A DNA stretch of 64,000 nt from Candidatus Omnitrophota bacterium (GCA_003598135.1 QZKA01000019.1:41690-105689), one strand, 5' to 3'; counted from the stretch's first letter, positions 19,267 to 29,150 are shown. Numbers and translations are program-made. The notes: a model not told the origin generated them from the letters alone.

Positions 19267-19986
19267 CTAAGAAATTTCAGCCTCGATCTTGCGGATTAAC
19301 TCGGCTGTTTCTTTAATGAGCACGTGGGGCACCAGTTTAGCTACTTCAATCTCCTGTCTGAGGGATCGCAAGGTACCCAGCAGGCGTTTTACCGTATTCA
19401 TTCTGCGTAGCTCAAGCGCCTCCTGCGGGCTTGTTTCTTTCCTCTCCCTTATAAGCGCAGTAAGCTCCTTTCTTACCTCGCGGAAATCTTTACCCCTTTC
19501 AAAGATCGCCTGCTTGAAATGCGCGTAATCTTCCTGATCCAATTCGCTTTTATTCTTTGCCAGCCGCAAGACGTCAATGGACTCATAAGGCGCAATGGTA
19601 GCAACGTCTCGGTCCTCTGCGACGCTGGCCTTAAGATACTGAGGCTCTTCCTGTTCGAGAAAATAATAGGATCTTAGGAGTTTCATCGCGGTCAGTTTTT
19701 TTATGCCGATCTCCTGTTTTATGTATGCATCGAATGTAAGAAATCCCCATCCGCGGTATAATTTATCCTTCCATACAGTATACAGCAGGCGGCCAAGCGC
19801 TATCCAAGAATTCTTGAAATCCCTCGCCCCTTCAAGCACCTGATACCTTAGAGAACCGGGGGCAATACCTGACATCTTTTCCTCTAGGCCCCGGATGGAT
19901 TTTGTTTTTGCCGATTCAAAACCCTCGCCTTCCCTCTCTGCATATCTTTCCACCGCTCCTTCCTCCTTTACGTTTTGCTGCCGCAC
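19267..19986 (-). CDS. hypothetical protein
   Basis: 239 aa; a charged, helical protein with no motif I recognise. It overlaps the upstream peptidase gene and abuts the downstream gene, so it is operonic. Confidence 0.45.
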   Translation of the reverse strand: MRQQNVKEEGAVERYAEREGEGFESAKTKSIRGLEEKMSGIAPGSLRYQVLEGARDFKNSWIALGRLLYTVWKDKLYRGWGFLTFDAYIKQEIGIKKLTAMKLLRSYYFLEQEEPQYLKASVAEDRDVATIAPYESIDVLRLAKNKSELDQEDYAHFKQAIFERGKDFREVRKELTALIRERKETSPQEALELRRMNTVKRLLGTLRSLRQEIEVAKLVPHVLIKETAELIRKIEAEIS

Positions 19987-20750
19987 GTAACCGATGCCGG
20001 GATCTCTTTTTTGATTACAGCGATACGCTCATCAACATAAGGGTGCGTCCTGAAATACCTCAACGTCTTCCATTGCGGACCTTCGGTCTTTTTAATCTTT
20101 TCAAGCACCTGGAGGCAGGCGCAAGGGTCAAATCCGGCTTTCAAGGCATATTTCACGGAAAGCCTGTCTGCTTCGAATTCGTCTTTACGGCTGTAACTTA
20201 AATCTATCAGGGTATATGCAATATCAACGCCTCTGGCAATGTTCTGGGCACTCTTTGCACCTTTGTCGCCTGCGCCCGCAAACGCAGCGCCCAAGATGAG
20301 CTGATACGCCATATTGGACTGGATTTTTTTTGCGATGTGCCTTGCTGCGACATGGCCGACTTCATGCGCAACCACATAGGCAAGCTCATCATCGCCAAGT
20401 ATCTCCATGAGACCTTTATTGACGTAAATAAAGCCTCCGGGAAGCGTTACCGCGTTTAATTCTTTGCTATCAAGTACAAAAAATTTATACTCGATGTCCT
20501 TGCGGTCTGAAGCAGCCGCAATGCGCCCGCCTAATCTGTTCACCCGCTCTTGGAAATCTTTTGCGTGCAATAGAGGATACTGCTGGGTAAGCATAGGAAT
20601 CATATTGGCGCCGAGAGCCACTTCGGTCTTGCTATTGATAAGTATGAATTCGTTTTTTCCTGTGGCGGGATTATATAGGGTCGCGCATCCTGACAGGGTC
20701 ACGCATAACAGTATAGCCGGCAATAGGAAAGCACTTCTTACCATATACAC
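19968..20750 (-). CDS. M48-family zinc metallopeptidase, lipoprotein
   Basis: HEVGH in VVAHEVGHVAARH, plus a downstream glutamate (EFEAD). The lipobox LSGC follows an N-terminal signal. Confidence 0.8.
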   Translation of the reverse strand: MYMVRSAFLLPAILLCVTLSGCATLYNPATGKNEFILINSKTEVALGANMIPMLTQQYPLLHAKDFQERVNRLGGRIAAASDRKDIEYKFFVLDSKELNAVTLPGGFIYVNKGLMEILGDDELAYVVAHEVGHVAARHIAKKIQSNMAYQLILGAAFAGAGDKGAKSAQNIARGVDIAYTLIDLSYSRKDEFEADRLSVKYALKAGFDPCACLQVLEKIKKTEGPQWKTLRYFRTHPYVDERIAVIKKEIPASVTCGSKT

Positions 20751-21097
20751 TGTACAATCGTGCGGTTCTGCACGGTGTAGATCCTCAAAGTGAACATACT
20801 TTGGCCTCTTTTGACCGACGCATCAAAGCTGCCCTCTCTTCTTCCTCCGAGACACGAAAATCCCTGCTCTTTAAGAAAAGATTCGTAGAATGCGATTACT
20901 TCCTCGAGCGGTTTTGACACTGCGTAGGTGACAACCTTCAAATCTGCACTATAGCGCGTTTCCTCAGGGACGAGGATGGAATCTTCAAAAATAGGCAGTT
21001 CTGTCCCTGAAACGGCAATCATCTTTGCGTTCGCTTCTTGATAACCTCCAGAAAACAATAAAATCATACCCAACACCGCCGCGTGTGCAAGCTTCAT
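20738..21097 (-). CDS. secreted hypothetical protein
   Basis: 119 aa; an N-terminal signal peptide (MKLAHAAVLGMILLFSGGYQEANA). It overlaps the peptidase gene start. Confidence 0.4.
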   Translation of the reverse strand: MKLAHAAVLGMILLFSGGYQEANAKMIAVSGTELPIFEDSILVPEETRYSADLKVVTYAVSKPLEEVIAFYESFLKEQGFSCLGGRREGSFDASVKRGQSMFTLRIYTVQNRTIVQCIW

Positions 21098-21127
21098 TTC
21101 TTCCTCGCAAGGCGAATAGATTATTTT

Positions 21128-22522
21128 TTAAGTTTTGCGCGGTTCCGTAATATCCCGGATTACAGTGAGTACGTAAGTGACTTTCCCTTCCTCGATAATC
21201 GGTATTTTGCGAGTCTGTGTGTGCAGTTGTTTCTTGTTGATAGTATACACCTCTGTGGTCACCACTGCCTTGCCGGTTTTAAAAACCTTCTGGTATTCTT
21301 GGCGCACCTCATTTTTCAAGAAAGGAAAAACTTCATAGAGTGCTCGACCGGTCATAGCGGCTGTAAGCCCCAGTTCCTTATTCCACTGCTTAAACTCTTT
21401 GTTTACCATCAGGATCTTTAGGTTTTCGTCAACCACATGGATGGCATCGCCCATCGAATCAAGGATCGTCCGATAGCGCAATTCTGACTCCCGGATCCTC
21501 TGTTCTATCTGCTTACGGACCGTAATATCATACACGTAGCCGTGATAATGGGTAATCACGCCGTCTGAATCCTTCACTACCACCGTAAAATCGCGCACCC
21601 ACTTAATTTTTCCGCCGGAACAGACAATACGGTACTCCTGCTCAAAAAAAGATAATCCCTCCTGGCTATAGCGTCTTACCTCTTCGGCAACCCTATCGAG
21701 GTCGTCCGGAAAAATCACCTGTGCATACCTGATCTTGCCATTTGTAAGATCCGACGGCTCGTAACCAAATTGCTCTTTTGCATTCGCAGAAATATACTCT
21801 ACGGGCCAACCCTCTTCGTTCTTCCACTTAAAGACCACTGTTGGCCCCCCGATAAAAAGCCTGCGCTCCGCCTTAAGCTCTTCTTCAACTCTTATGCGCT
21901 TGTCCATCTCAATATGCAAATCTTCGTTTGCTTTACTCAATTCGGCAGTCCGGACCTTTACCCTTATCTCAAGCTCGCTGCGGGAATCCCTGAGCATCCC
22001 TTCCATTTTCTTGCGGTCTGAGATATCGAACACAACACCTACCATCCCTGCGACGCCTCCGCGGGCATCAGAAAATGCCTCTTTATACACCACTACATCG
22101 TGCCTTTTGCCATCGGGCATAATCATAAGGCTCTCGTAATGTTGGATTCCTCCTTTTGCAAACAACTCCCCATCTTTATTCCCGTGGGCCTCCGCGACAT
22201 CCTGCGGCAACACCTCGTTTGTAGTCTTACCGATTATTTTTTCTCTTGGTAAGCCCAGAAATTGTTCAAATGCCTTATTGCAACCAAGGTATACCCCTTG
22301 TGTGTTTTTATAAAATACAGGGGTAGGTATGGCATCGATAATTATCTGGGGAAAGCGCAATTGCGCTTGAGGGCCGGTAACTGTCTTGTGTAAAAGGCCG
22401 ACAAGGGCAGGTGCTGCCTTAGTGGTGTCCTTAGTAATCCGCTGCGTTTTTCTTTTCATATACAGAGTTTTGCCCGTATGATTGTATGGCTTTTTGAAAA
22501 CATTATACCACCCGTACCTCAA
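21128..22522 (-). CDS. sensor protein with three PAS domains and no recognisable output domain
   Basis: PAS-like blocks are repeated three times (around IIIDAIPTPVFYKN..., FIGGPTVVFKWK..., ILDSMGDAIHVVD...). There is no HisKA, HATPase, GGDEF or other output domain. An alternative start is MKRKT at 22459. Confidence 0.65.
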   Translation of the reverse strand: MRYGWYNVFKKPYNHTGKTLYMKRKTQRITKDTTKAAPALVGLLHKTVTGPQAQLRFPQIIIDAIPTPVFYKNTQGVYLGCNKAFEQFLGLPREKIIGKTTNEVLPQDVAEAHGNKDGELFAKGGIQHYESLMIMPDGKRHDVVVYKEAFSDARGGVAGMVGVVFDISDRKKMEGMLRDSRSELEIRVKVRTAELSKANEDLHIEMDKRIRVEEELKAERRLFIGGPTVVFKWKNEEGWPVEYISANAKEQFGYEPSDLTNGKIRYAQVIFPDDLDRVAEEVRRYSQEGLSFFEQEYRIVCSGGKIKWVRDFTVVVKDSDGVITHYHGYVYDITVRKQIEQRIRESELRYRTILDSMGDAIHVVDENLKILMVNKEFKQWNKELGLTAAMTGRALYEVFPFLKNEVRQEYQKVFKTGKAVVTTEVYTINKKQLHTQTRKIPIIEEGKVTYVLTVIRDITEPRKT

Positions 22523-22581
22523 ATGTCAATTTTGCACAGGTCTGCACAATAAGAAGATTGCCATCGGCAAACCGCTAAAGT

Positions 22582-25488
22582 CTAACGCATTGCGAAAGGG
22601 CATATCTGGCTATACGCACAGTACGTACAAGCCATGTAGGCAGGCATTGCCTCAAAGCGCTTCTGTCTGATTCCGTCGGATACCAGCCTTATTTTTTCCT
22701 TTACGCCCTCTATGTCGCCTGCTTCTGGAACCCTACTGCCAACGAGGCCGGATTCAAGAAAATAAAGCTCTGCCCTGATGGGCATACTGCCAAAGATCTG
22801 CTGGTAGGCAAATGCATAAAGGCTCAGCTGAAGACTCTCCTTAGCCCTCTTCTCCGCCTCTTTCTTGGTTTTCATATCGGAGGTCTTAAAATCCATAATC
22901 ACCGCCTGGCCCCCTTCATCGTCTACCCGGTCAAAACGACCCGCGATTTTATTATGTTCGAACATAAAAGAAAAACCCTTCTCTATAAAGAGGGGGCGAG
23001 ACTTTCGCGTACGCTCGTCGTTAAAGAACCTGACCAGCGCTTCCTTGCCGATGCGCAGGCGTTCTTCCTGATGTTTCTCGTCCAAAAAGCCCTGGGGATC
23101 AAAGCTGGCACTAAAGGTTTCAAGCAACTCTGCCAAGTCCATATTGATTCCCGCGGCCTTATGCTGAAAGAATTTACAGACTGCTTCATGCATCGCCCGT
23201 CCATAAATAACGGTATGATGTTCTAGGATAGGTATGCGCAGGATATTTACATATTTATATTTCAGGGGGCAAGTAAGATAATCATCAAGTTGATAGTAGC
23301 TTAAGGAAATAAGTTTATCCGCTGAGGGTACGCCCGCCGGCGCAGCGATGCTCTCCTGCGGGAGGGCAAAATGCTCTATCTGCTCAATAGCGCTCGTCTT
23401 CTTCTGTGCCTGGATTAACACTTCTTTCCCCAGCGCCTCACCCACGAATTGGCTTACGCGCCTTACGCGCGTGCCGCCATAGTCGCTTGAGCTGGTTAAG
23501 AAGAGCTCTTGCTTTGCCCTGGTCATGCCCACATAAAAAAGCCTGCGTTCCTCCTGAATATGGAAATCCCCTACGGGCAACACCTCTTTTATTAATTCGT
23601 CGGGTAACTCAAGTGCTTGTCTGCGGTGGGGCCACGGGAAACGTCCGTGCACTAGGCTTACCAGAAACACTATCCTGAACTCAAGACCCTTTGCCTTATG
23701 TATGGTAAGCACATTTACCGCATCTGAGTCTTCATCGGCCTCAACTCCAGAAGGATCGTCTCCTGCCTCAATCAAAAGATTAAGATAATTCACAAAATTG
23801 ATGACGCGAGGCTCCTTGGCAACTAATTCGAAATCCCTCACAATAGAAAAGAACCTCGCCAGGTTCTGGATTTTCGTCTCCTGCTCAAGCGTTTTTGCGG
23901 CGGTAAGGGTCTTAAGGTAACCTGTATCAGTAAGAAAGCTATACAAAAGCCTTCCGGCAGACTCCTGGCGTGCGGTTTTTAAAAACGCCTCGATATCCTC
24001 CAACACCTGCCTTACCTTACTCAGGAATTCTGCGCGTAAGCCCTTAAGTTCATCGATGCCGCCTAATTCACGAAAAACCTGGTAGAGCGGTTTGTTCCTT
24101 CGTTTTGCATAATGGGCACATAAGCTAAGTTCAGCAAGGTCAAACCCATACACCTCTGAACTCAACAAATAATAGAAACTTAGAGAATCATAGGGATTGG
24201 CGGCAACCCGTAAGAAGTGAATGCAAAGCTTTACTTCTTCTCTTGTATAGAGACCCTGGTTTCCGCTAAACTGCCAGGGGATATCCCGCATGTTCAAGGA
24301 CTGCAAAAATGGTTCGGCATCAGAGTTGGAGCGTACTAGAATTGCGAAGTCCCGATAGGTATATTCTCCGGACTGTACTTTTTCTTTTATCATCCTGGCC
24401 ACTGCATCCGACTCATTAGACCTAGCTTCAAAATGCAAGTGATGGACCGGTTGAGCCTCTTTGATTGTGCTTACGAGTCGTTTGTCTATATGGGCCTTGA
24501 TTTCGAATCGTTCCGGATTATTGTGTTGAATGAGACGATAGGCGCTATCCAGGATTACCTGCGTGGAGCGATAGTTCTGAATAAGGCTTACTTTCTCGGC
24601 AGCGGGGTATTCGGATATAAAATTCAATACATTGCTGTATGCGGCTCCCCGCCAACGGTAAATACACTGGTCGTCATCAGCCACCACGGCGATATTCTTA
24701 CGATTCCCCGCCAATAATTTGATAATCTGAAATTGTGCAAAATTAGTATCCTGAAATTCGTCGACCAGGATATATTTGAACTGCTGCTGGTATTTCTGTA
24801 ATACCGCCGGATGCGTACGCAACAACTCCAAGGCAAGGTAAAACTGGTTGCCGAAATCTAAAAGGCCGTAGCGGGCAAGCAGTTCCTGGTATTGGGAATA
24901 TGCACCAGCCACCTCTATCTGTTGCAGCGCCCTTTCTTCCAGCGCTTTGTCTTGGGGTGCCTCTTTTGCCTTACGCAAAAGCCCTTGAGTAAACTCAAGG
25001 TACTCCCCAGGAGAAATATCTTCATCCTTTGCTCTGCTAAACAACGATATGAGCGCTTCAATAAAACGGGTAGGGTCAGCAAGAGGACGGTAATAAGAAA
25101 GGCTAAATTCAAACAGATGTTCGCGGAAAAATACAGCTGCTTCCGGAAGCGTGAGCACCTTAAAATCGGGGTCCAAGCCGGCAACAAGGGCGTTTTCCCG
25201 CAATAGCCTGTCTCCAAACGCATGGAACGTAGAAATCCAGATATCCAAATATCCGTAAGGAAGCAGTATATCGACCCGCTCCTGCATCTGGCGCGTCGCC
25301 TTTTCCGTAAAGGTAAGGGCCAAGATCTCATCAGTCTTCGCTAACCCTTGCGCAAGCAACCAGGATATCCTGCGGGTAATCACCGTGGTCTTGCCTGTGC
25401 CTGCTCCCGCAATAATGAGAAGCGGGCCTTCTCTGTGGGTAACCGCTTCTCTCTGTTCCTTGTTGAGACTATCTAATATTTTACTCAT
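22582..25488 (-). CDS. UvrD/PcrA-type superfamily 1 DNA helicase fused to a C-terminal PD-(D/E)xK (RecB/Cas4-like) nuclease with a Cys4 cluster
   Basis: 968 aa; Walker A GAGTGKTT, DEFQDTN, helicase motifs through VGMTRAKQEL, then a C-terminal IMDFKTSD...QLSLYAFAY nuclease core with four cysteines (CPLKY...CTYCAYSQIC). Confidence 0.8.
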   Translation of the reverse strand: MSKILDSLNKEQREAVTHREGPLLIIAGAGTGKTTVITRRISWLLAQGLAKTDEILALTFTEKATRQMQERVDILLPYGYLDIWISTFHAFGDRLLRENALVAGLDPDFKVLTLPEAAVFFREHLFEFSLSYYRPLADPTRFIEALISLFSRAKDEDISPGEYLEFTQGLLRKAKEAPQDKALEERALQQIEVAGAYSQYQELLARYGLLDFGNQFYLALELLRTHPAVLQKYQQQFKYILVDEFQDTNFAQFQIIKLLAGNRKNIAVVADDDQCIYRWRGAAYSNVLNFISEYPAAEKVSLIQNYRSTQVILDSAYRLIQHNNPERFEIKAHIDKRLVSTIKEAQPVHHLHFEARSNESDAVARMIKEKVQSGEYTYRDFAILVRSNSDAEPFLQSLNMRDIPWQFSGNQGLYTREEVKLCIHFLRVAANPYDSLSFYYLLSSEVYGFDLAELSLCAHYAKRRNKPLYQVFRELGGIDELKGLRAEFLSKVRQVLEDIEAFLKTARQESAGRLLYSFLTDTGYLKTLTAAKTLEQETKIQNLARFFSIVRDFELVAKEPRVINFVNYLNLLIEAGDDPSGVEADEDSDAVNVLTIHKAKGLEFRIVFLVSLVHGRFPWPHRRQALELPDELIKEVLPVGDFHIQEERRLFYVGMTRAKQELFLTSSSDYGGTRVRRVSQFVGEALGKEVLIQAQKKTSAIEQIEHFALPQESIAAPAGVPSADKLISLSYYQLDDYLTCPLKYKYVNILRIPILEHHTVIYGRAMHEAVCKFFQHKAAGINMDLAELLETFSASFDPQGFLDEKHQEERLRIGKEALVRFFNDERTRKSRPLFIEKGFSFMFEHNKIAGRFDRVDDEGGQAVIMDFKTSDMKTKKEAEKRAKESLQLSLYAFAYQQIFGSMPIRAELYFLESGLVGSRVPEAGDIEGVKEKIRLVSDGIRQKRFEAMPAYMACTYCAYSQICPFAMR

Positions 25489-25506
25489 TATTGCCTACAT
25501 TTTACC

Positions 25507-25534
25507 TTGACAATATTTCATTTTCAAGTATACT
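25507..25534 (+). promoter_or_regulatory. sigma-70-like promoter of rpmB: TTGACA, a 16-nt spacer, then TATACT
   Basis: TTGACA at 25507..25512 and TATACT at 25529..25534. The palindrome TTAACCT-cga-AGGTTAA at 25535..25551 follows directly. An AGGAG-like RBS precedes the ATG at 25579. Confidence 0.55.
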
Positions 25535-25578
25535 TTAACCTCGAAGGTTAATTAAAAATTTTCAGACGGAGTAATGCT

Positions 25579-25806
25579 ATGTTAAAAAAATGTGCGTTAT
25601 GCGGAAAAGGCAAACTTATCGGCAAAAGCGTGGTAAGAAAAGGGATGGCCAAAAGCAAAGGCGGTACCGGCAGTAAAATTGTCCGCAGCACCAAAAGGGC
25701 GTTCCTACCTAACCTGCAAAAAATGAGGATCTTTATACATAACCATCCTCGGCGGGTATTCATCTGCAGCAAATGCATCAAGAAGGGCAATTTCACCAAA
25801 GCCTGA
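25579..25806 (+). CDS. rpmB: 50S ribosomal protein L28 (zinc-ribbon form)
   Basis: 75 aa; CALCGK...CSKC Cys4, and KRAFLPNLQKMRI matches the L28 core (RxFxPNL). The overlapping minus-strand ORF 25548..25799 is rejected. Confidence 0.8.
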   Translation: MLKKCALCGKGKLIGKSVVRKGMAKSKGGTGSKIVRSTKRAFLPNLQKMRIFIHNHPRRVFICSKCIKKGNFTKA

Positions 25807-27510
25807 TTATCGCTTAAAGAATATTTCCTTTACTTCCAATATCGGACTCTCTCCATCGCGCCAACTGTCTATTTTAGGGCTATACACCAGATCCACGGTG
25901 GACGCCACTTCGAATCGGCCGCTCAGTGACGCCATGCCGAAGCCGATGGCCGGCATGGTAACACTACCATCAGTGACCCAAAACTTCAGCGTTTCCCTCC
26001 CTAACACACAAGCGCTTCCTTTCACCCTTAGATTACGGGTGTATAATAAAGGCTCGGGGTTGCTGTTGCCGAAAGGCGCAAGATATTCCAATTCACGGAT
26101 AACCGTCTCGTTCACTTCACTCAAGCCCACCTCCATGTCAACATTAAAACGCCGCAGGAGGTCGTCAATAGCAAGCCTTTCCCGCGCAAAAAGATTGATT
26201 CTGTTCTTAAAGGTCTCGATGTTATCTCTCTGAATAACCAAACCTACTGCATGCTTATGCCCTCCAAAATTCTCTAAAAGGTCGCGGCATTCAGAGACCC
26301 CCTGGAATAGGTGAAAATTCTCGATAGAACGACCTGAGCCTTTGCAGCGGGTTTCATCCATAGATATGAGGATCGTGGGCCGGTAAAACCTTTCGGTAAG
26401 CTTGGCAGCAACAACACCGAGCACCCCCATATGCCAGCCTTCCTTTGCCACGACAAGTATCGTATGGTCTTTAAAATTAACCTCCTTGTCGATTAATGCC
26501 TGCGCCTCTTCCAAGATTTCGCTTTCTATTTTCTGGCGCTGCCGGTTATGGCCCTCGATTATCCTGGCCAATTCTTCAGCCTGGCCCTTAGTACGACTCA
26601 ATAACAACTGCAATGCAGTCTCTGCCGTATCAACGCGGCCGCTGGCGTTAATGCGCGGTCCAAGTATAAAACTAATGAAGTGAGGCGTAATCCTTTTGTT
26701 TTTTATCCTGCTTGTTTCCATAAGGGCCAAAAGGCCGGGGCGTTTTGTACGCGGCAAGCGCATAAGTCCTTCTTTTACGATAATTCGGTTTTCTCCGGTT
26801 AGAGGGACTGCATCTGCAATAGTGCCGATCGCCACCAGGTCAAGTTCTTCCTCAAGCGGCTTGCCTCTAAGCGCCTGGCATAGCTTATATGCCACTCCCA
26901 CTCCTGCCAAATCGCGATACGGATACCCGGATTGCTTTAGTTTCGGATTGATGGTGGCGGCTGCAGGAAATGCGACAGCATTGGGCTCAACCGGCTCGTG
27001 ATGGTCAGTGACAATAACCTTAGTCCCCGCTGCCGTAAGTGCACTGATATATTCATGGCTTGAGGTGCCGCAATCCGCAGTAATCAAAAGCTTTATTTTT
27101 TTGTCCCGGGCAATTGTGAGTATGTTTTTATTGAGACCGTAGCCTTCTTTCACCCGGTGGGGGATATAATATTCTGCGTCGATTCCTATATGTAAGAGGG
27201 TTTCGGTAAGAAGCGCTAAAGAAGTGACGCCGTCAGCATCATAGTCGCTGAATAACAATACCTTTTCTTTACGGCGGCACGCATCCTTGATAATCTCAAC
27301 TGCCCTGCGCATATCGCTAAAACAATAGGGGTCGTGCAGCCGGTCAAGCCCTCCGCGGAGGAACCCTTCGGCCTCTTGCGTGCTGGAAATACCGCGATTT
27401 ATCAATAGCTGGGCAAGGATATACGAAATTCCCAATTCATCACAGAGGCGGGCTTGAAGTTTCTTATTGGGCAGGTTGACGGTGAGTATCTTATGGGTTT
27501 GCATCGTCAC
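25807..27510 (-). CDS. recJ: single-stranded-DNA-specific exonuclease RecJ
   Basis: 567 aa; DHH motifs (LLFSDYDADGVTS, VIVTDHHEP) and a DHHA1 region. Confidence 0.9.
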   Translation of the reverse strand: MTMQTHKILTVNLPNKKLQARLCDELGISYILAQLLINRGISSTQEAEGFLRGGLDRLHDPYCFSDMRRAVEIIKDACRRKEKVLLFSDYDADGVTSLALLTETLLHIGIDAEYYIPHRVKEGYGLNKNILTIARDKKIKLLITADCGTSSHEYISALTAAGTKVIVTDHHEPVEPNAVAFPAAATINPKLKQSGYPYRDLAGVGVAYKLCQALRGKPLEEELDLVAIGTIADAVPLTGENRIIVKEGLMRLPRTKRPGLLALMETSRIKNKRITPHFISFILGPRINASGRVDTAETALQLLLSRTKGQAEELARIIEGHNRQRQKIESEILEEAQALIDKEVNFKDHTILVVAKEGWHMGVLGVVAAKLTERFYRPTILISMDETRCKGSGRSIENFHLFQGVSECRDLLENFGGHKHAVGLVIQRDNIETFKNRINLFARERLAIDDLLRRFNVDMEVGLSEVNETVIRELEYLAPFGNSNPEPLLYTRNLRVKGSACVLGRETLKFWVTDGSVTMPAIGFGMASLSGRFEVASTVDLVYSPKIDSWRDGESPILEVKEIFFKR

Positions 27511-29150
27511 ATCTTCTCGGGCCTAGAAATCCCCAGTAACTCTAAACCCTTATCCAGGGTATTACGCACTCCCTGAACAAGATAAAGCCTTGCGCAGGTT
27601 AATTTGTTATCATCGTTAAGTACGCGGTGCCGGTCATAAAAACGATGGAAAGACTCTGATAGTTCCTGCAAATATACAGTCATCATATAAGGATCGAGTG
27701 TTTTCACGCAGACTTTTACTATATAGGGGAATTGCCAGAGCTTCCGGATGAGCTGGAGTTCTTCGTTTTCTCTCAGTAACGTAAAATCAACGGTATCAGC
27801 GATGGCACTTTGCTGGGCTTGCCGCAGTATACTGCAGATCCTGGCATACGCGTATTGCACGTAGTACACCGGATTCTCAGACGTTTGTTTCTTGGCAACC
27901 TCAAGGTCAAAATCAAGATGACTGGAAGTACGCCGCATAAGAAAGAAAAACCTCGATGCATCAGGGCCGACCTCGTTGAGGACTTCCCTTAGTGTGATAT
28001 ATTGGCCTTTACGGGTCGACATTTCAACAGGCTTACCATCCCTTAAGATAGTGGCTAGTTGCACGATAACGATAGAGAGAGATTCGGATGGATAACCCAG
28101 CGCGCCGACAGAGGCTTTTAGCCTATTTATGTATCCGTGGTGATCCGGACCCCAAAGATTGATGAGCCACTGGAAACCTCGTTCATATTTATCACGGTGA
28201 TAGGCGATATCTGGCGCAAGATAGGTATAGGAACCGTCGCTCTTGACTACTACCCTGTCTTTATCGTCCCCGAACTCAGTAGATTTAAACCAGAGTGCGC
28301 CGTCCTGTTCGTAGACAAAGCCTTTTTCTTTTAGTAACTCCAGCGCCTCTTGTATTTTTCCGCTCTCGCGTAACTCCTTTTGGCTGTACCAATTGTCAAA
28401 ATGCACGGAAAAATCATTGAGTTCCTGTCCAATGGTACGGGAAATATCCTTTAAGCCATACTCGGAAAAATCCCTGACCACAAGATGCTCCTCCTTTATC
28501 CTCCTGGCAAGGTCAATCACATACTCGCCCTGGTAGAAATTTTCGGGGAACTCTACTTTTTCCCCGGATAATTCCTTGAGCCTTGCTTCAACGGAAGAGC
28601 CAAGAATAGTAATCTGGTTACCCTCATCGTTAAGGTAGTACTCTCTTTTGACAAAAAACCCTGCAAACGCAAGGATATTCGCTAATGCATCTCCGACTGC
28701 GCCCTGCCTGGCGTGCGCAACCGATAATGGGCCGGTAGGATTTGCGCTTACAAACTCAATCAGGACGCGGCGATTTTCTCCCAGGTTTACTCGCAAGAAA
28801 TCGCCCCCTAAAGAAACAAGGCTTCTTAAGTAATCACGGAAATAGTCTTCGCTTAAGAAAAAATTAATGAATCCGGGTCCCTGCACTTTGACAAAACGGA
28901 TGTACTTCTTTGCTCCCGAAGCATCAAGACAAGCATCAAGGACTCCTACTATGCGCCTGCCCAGCTCCAGGGGGTTTTGCTTCGTCCGGCTTGCAACCAT
29001 CATGGCCAGATTGCTTGAGTAATCCCCGAATGATGCGTTTGCAGGGATATCGAGAAACGCATTTTCTGCAACATCCTGCTGCACAGAACCCAAAGAGTTT
29101 AAAGCCTCGCTGAGCGCATTGGTAATTATCGCCTCTATTGATTCTTTCAT
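27507..29150 (-). CDS. argS: arginine--tRNA ligase
   Basis: 547 aa; the class I HIGH-like region (SANPTGPLSVAHAR) and a DALR anticodon-binding C-terminus. Confidence 0.93.
   Translation of the reverse strand: MKESIEAIITNALSEALNSLGSVQQDVAENAFLDIPANASFGDYSSNLAMMVASRTKQNPLELGRRIVGVLDACLDASGAKKYIRFVKVQGPGFINFFLSEDYFRDYLRSLVSLGGDFLRVNLGENRRVLIEFVSANPTGPLSVAHARQGAVGDALANILAFAGFFVKREYYLNDEGNQITILGSSVEARLKELSGEKVEFPENFYQGEYVIDLARRIKEEHLVVRDFSEYGLKDISRTIGQELNDFSVHFDNWYSQKELRESGKIQEALELLKEKGFVYEQDGALWFKSTEFGDDKDRVVVKSDGSYTYLAPDIAYHRDKYERGFQWLINLWGPDHHGYINRLKASVGALGYPSESLSIVIVQLATILRDGKPVEMSTRKGQYITLREVLNEVGPDASRFFFLMRRTSSHLDFDLEVAKKQTSENPVYYVQYAYARICSILRQAQQSAIADTVDFTLLRENEELQLIRKLWQFPYIVKVCVKTLDPYMMTVYLQELSESFHRFYDRHRVLNDDNKLTCARLYLVQGVRNTLDKGLELLGISRPEKM

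Noticed and set aside
25548-25799. 83-aa minus-strand ORF opposite rpmB
   Set aside because: It overlaps the well-supported Cys4 L28 gene, which has a promoter and an RBS, almost exactly. It has a hydrophobic, low-complexity composition typical of antisense-frame artefacts.
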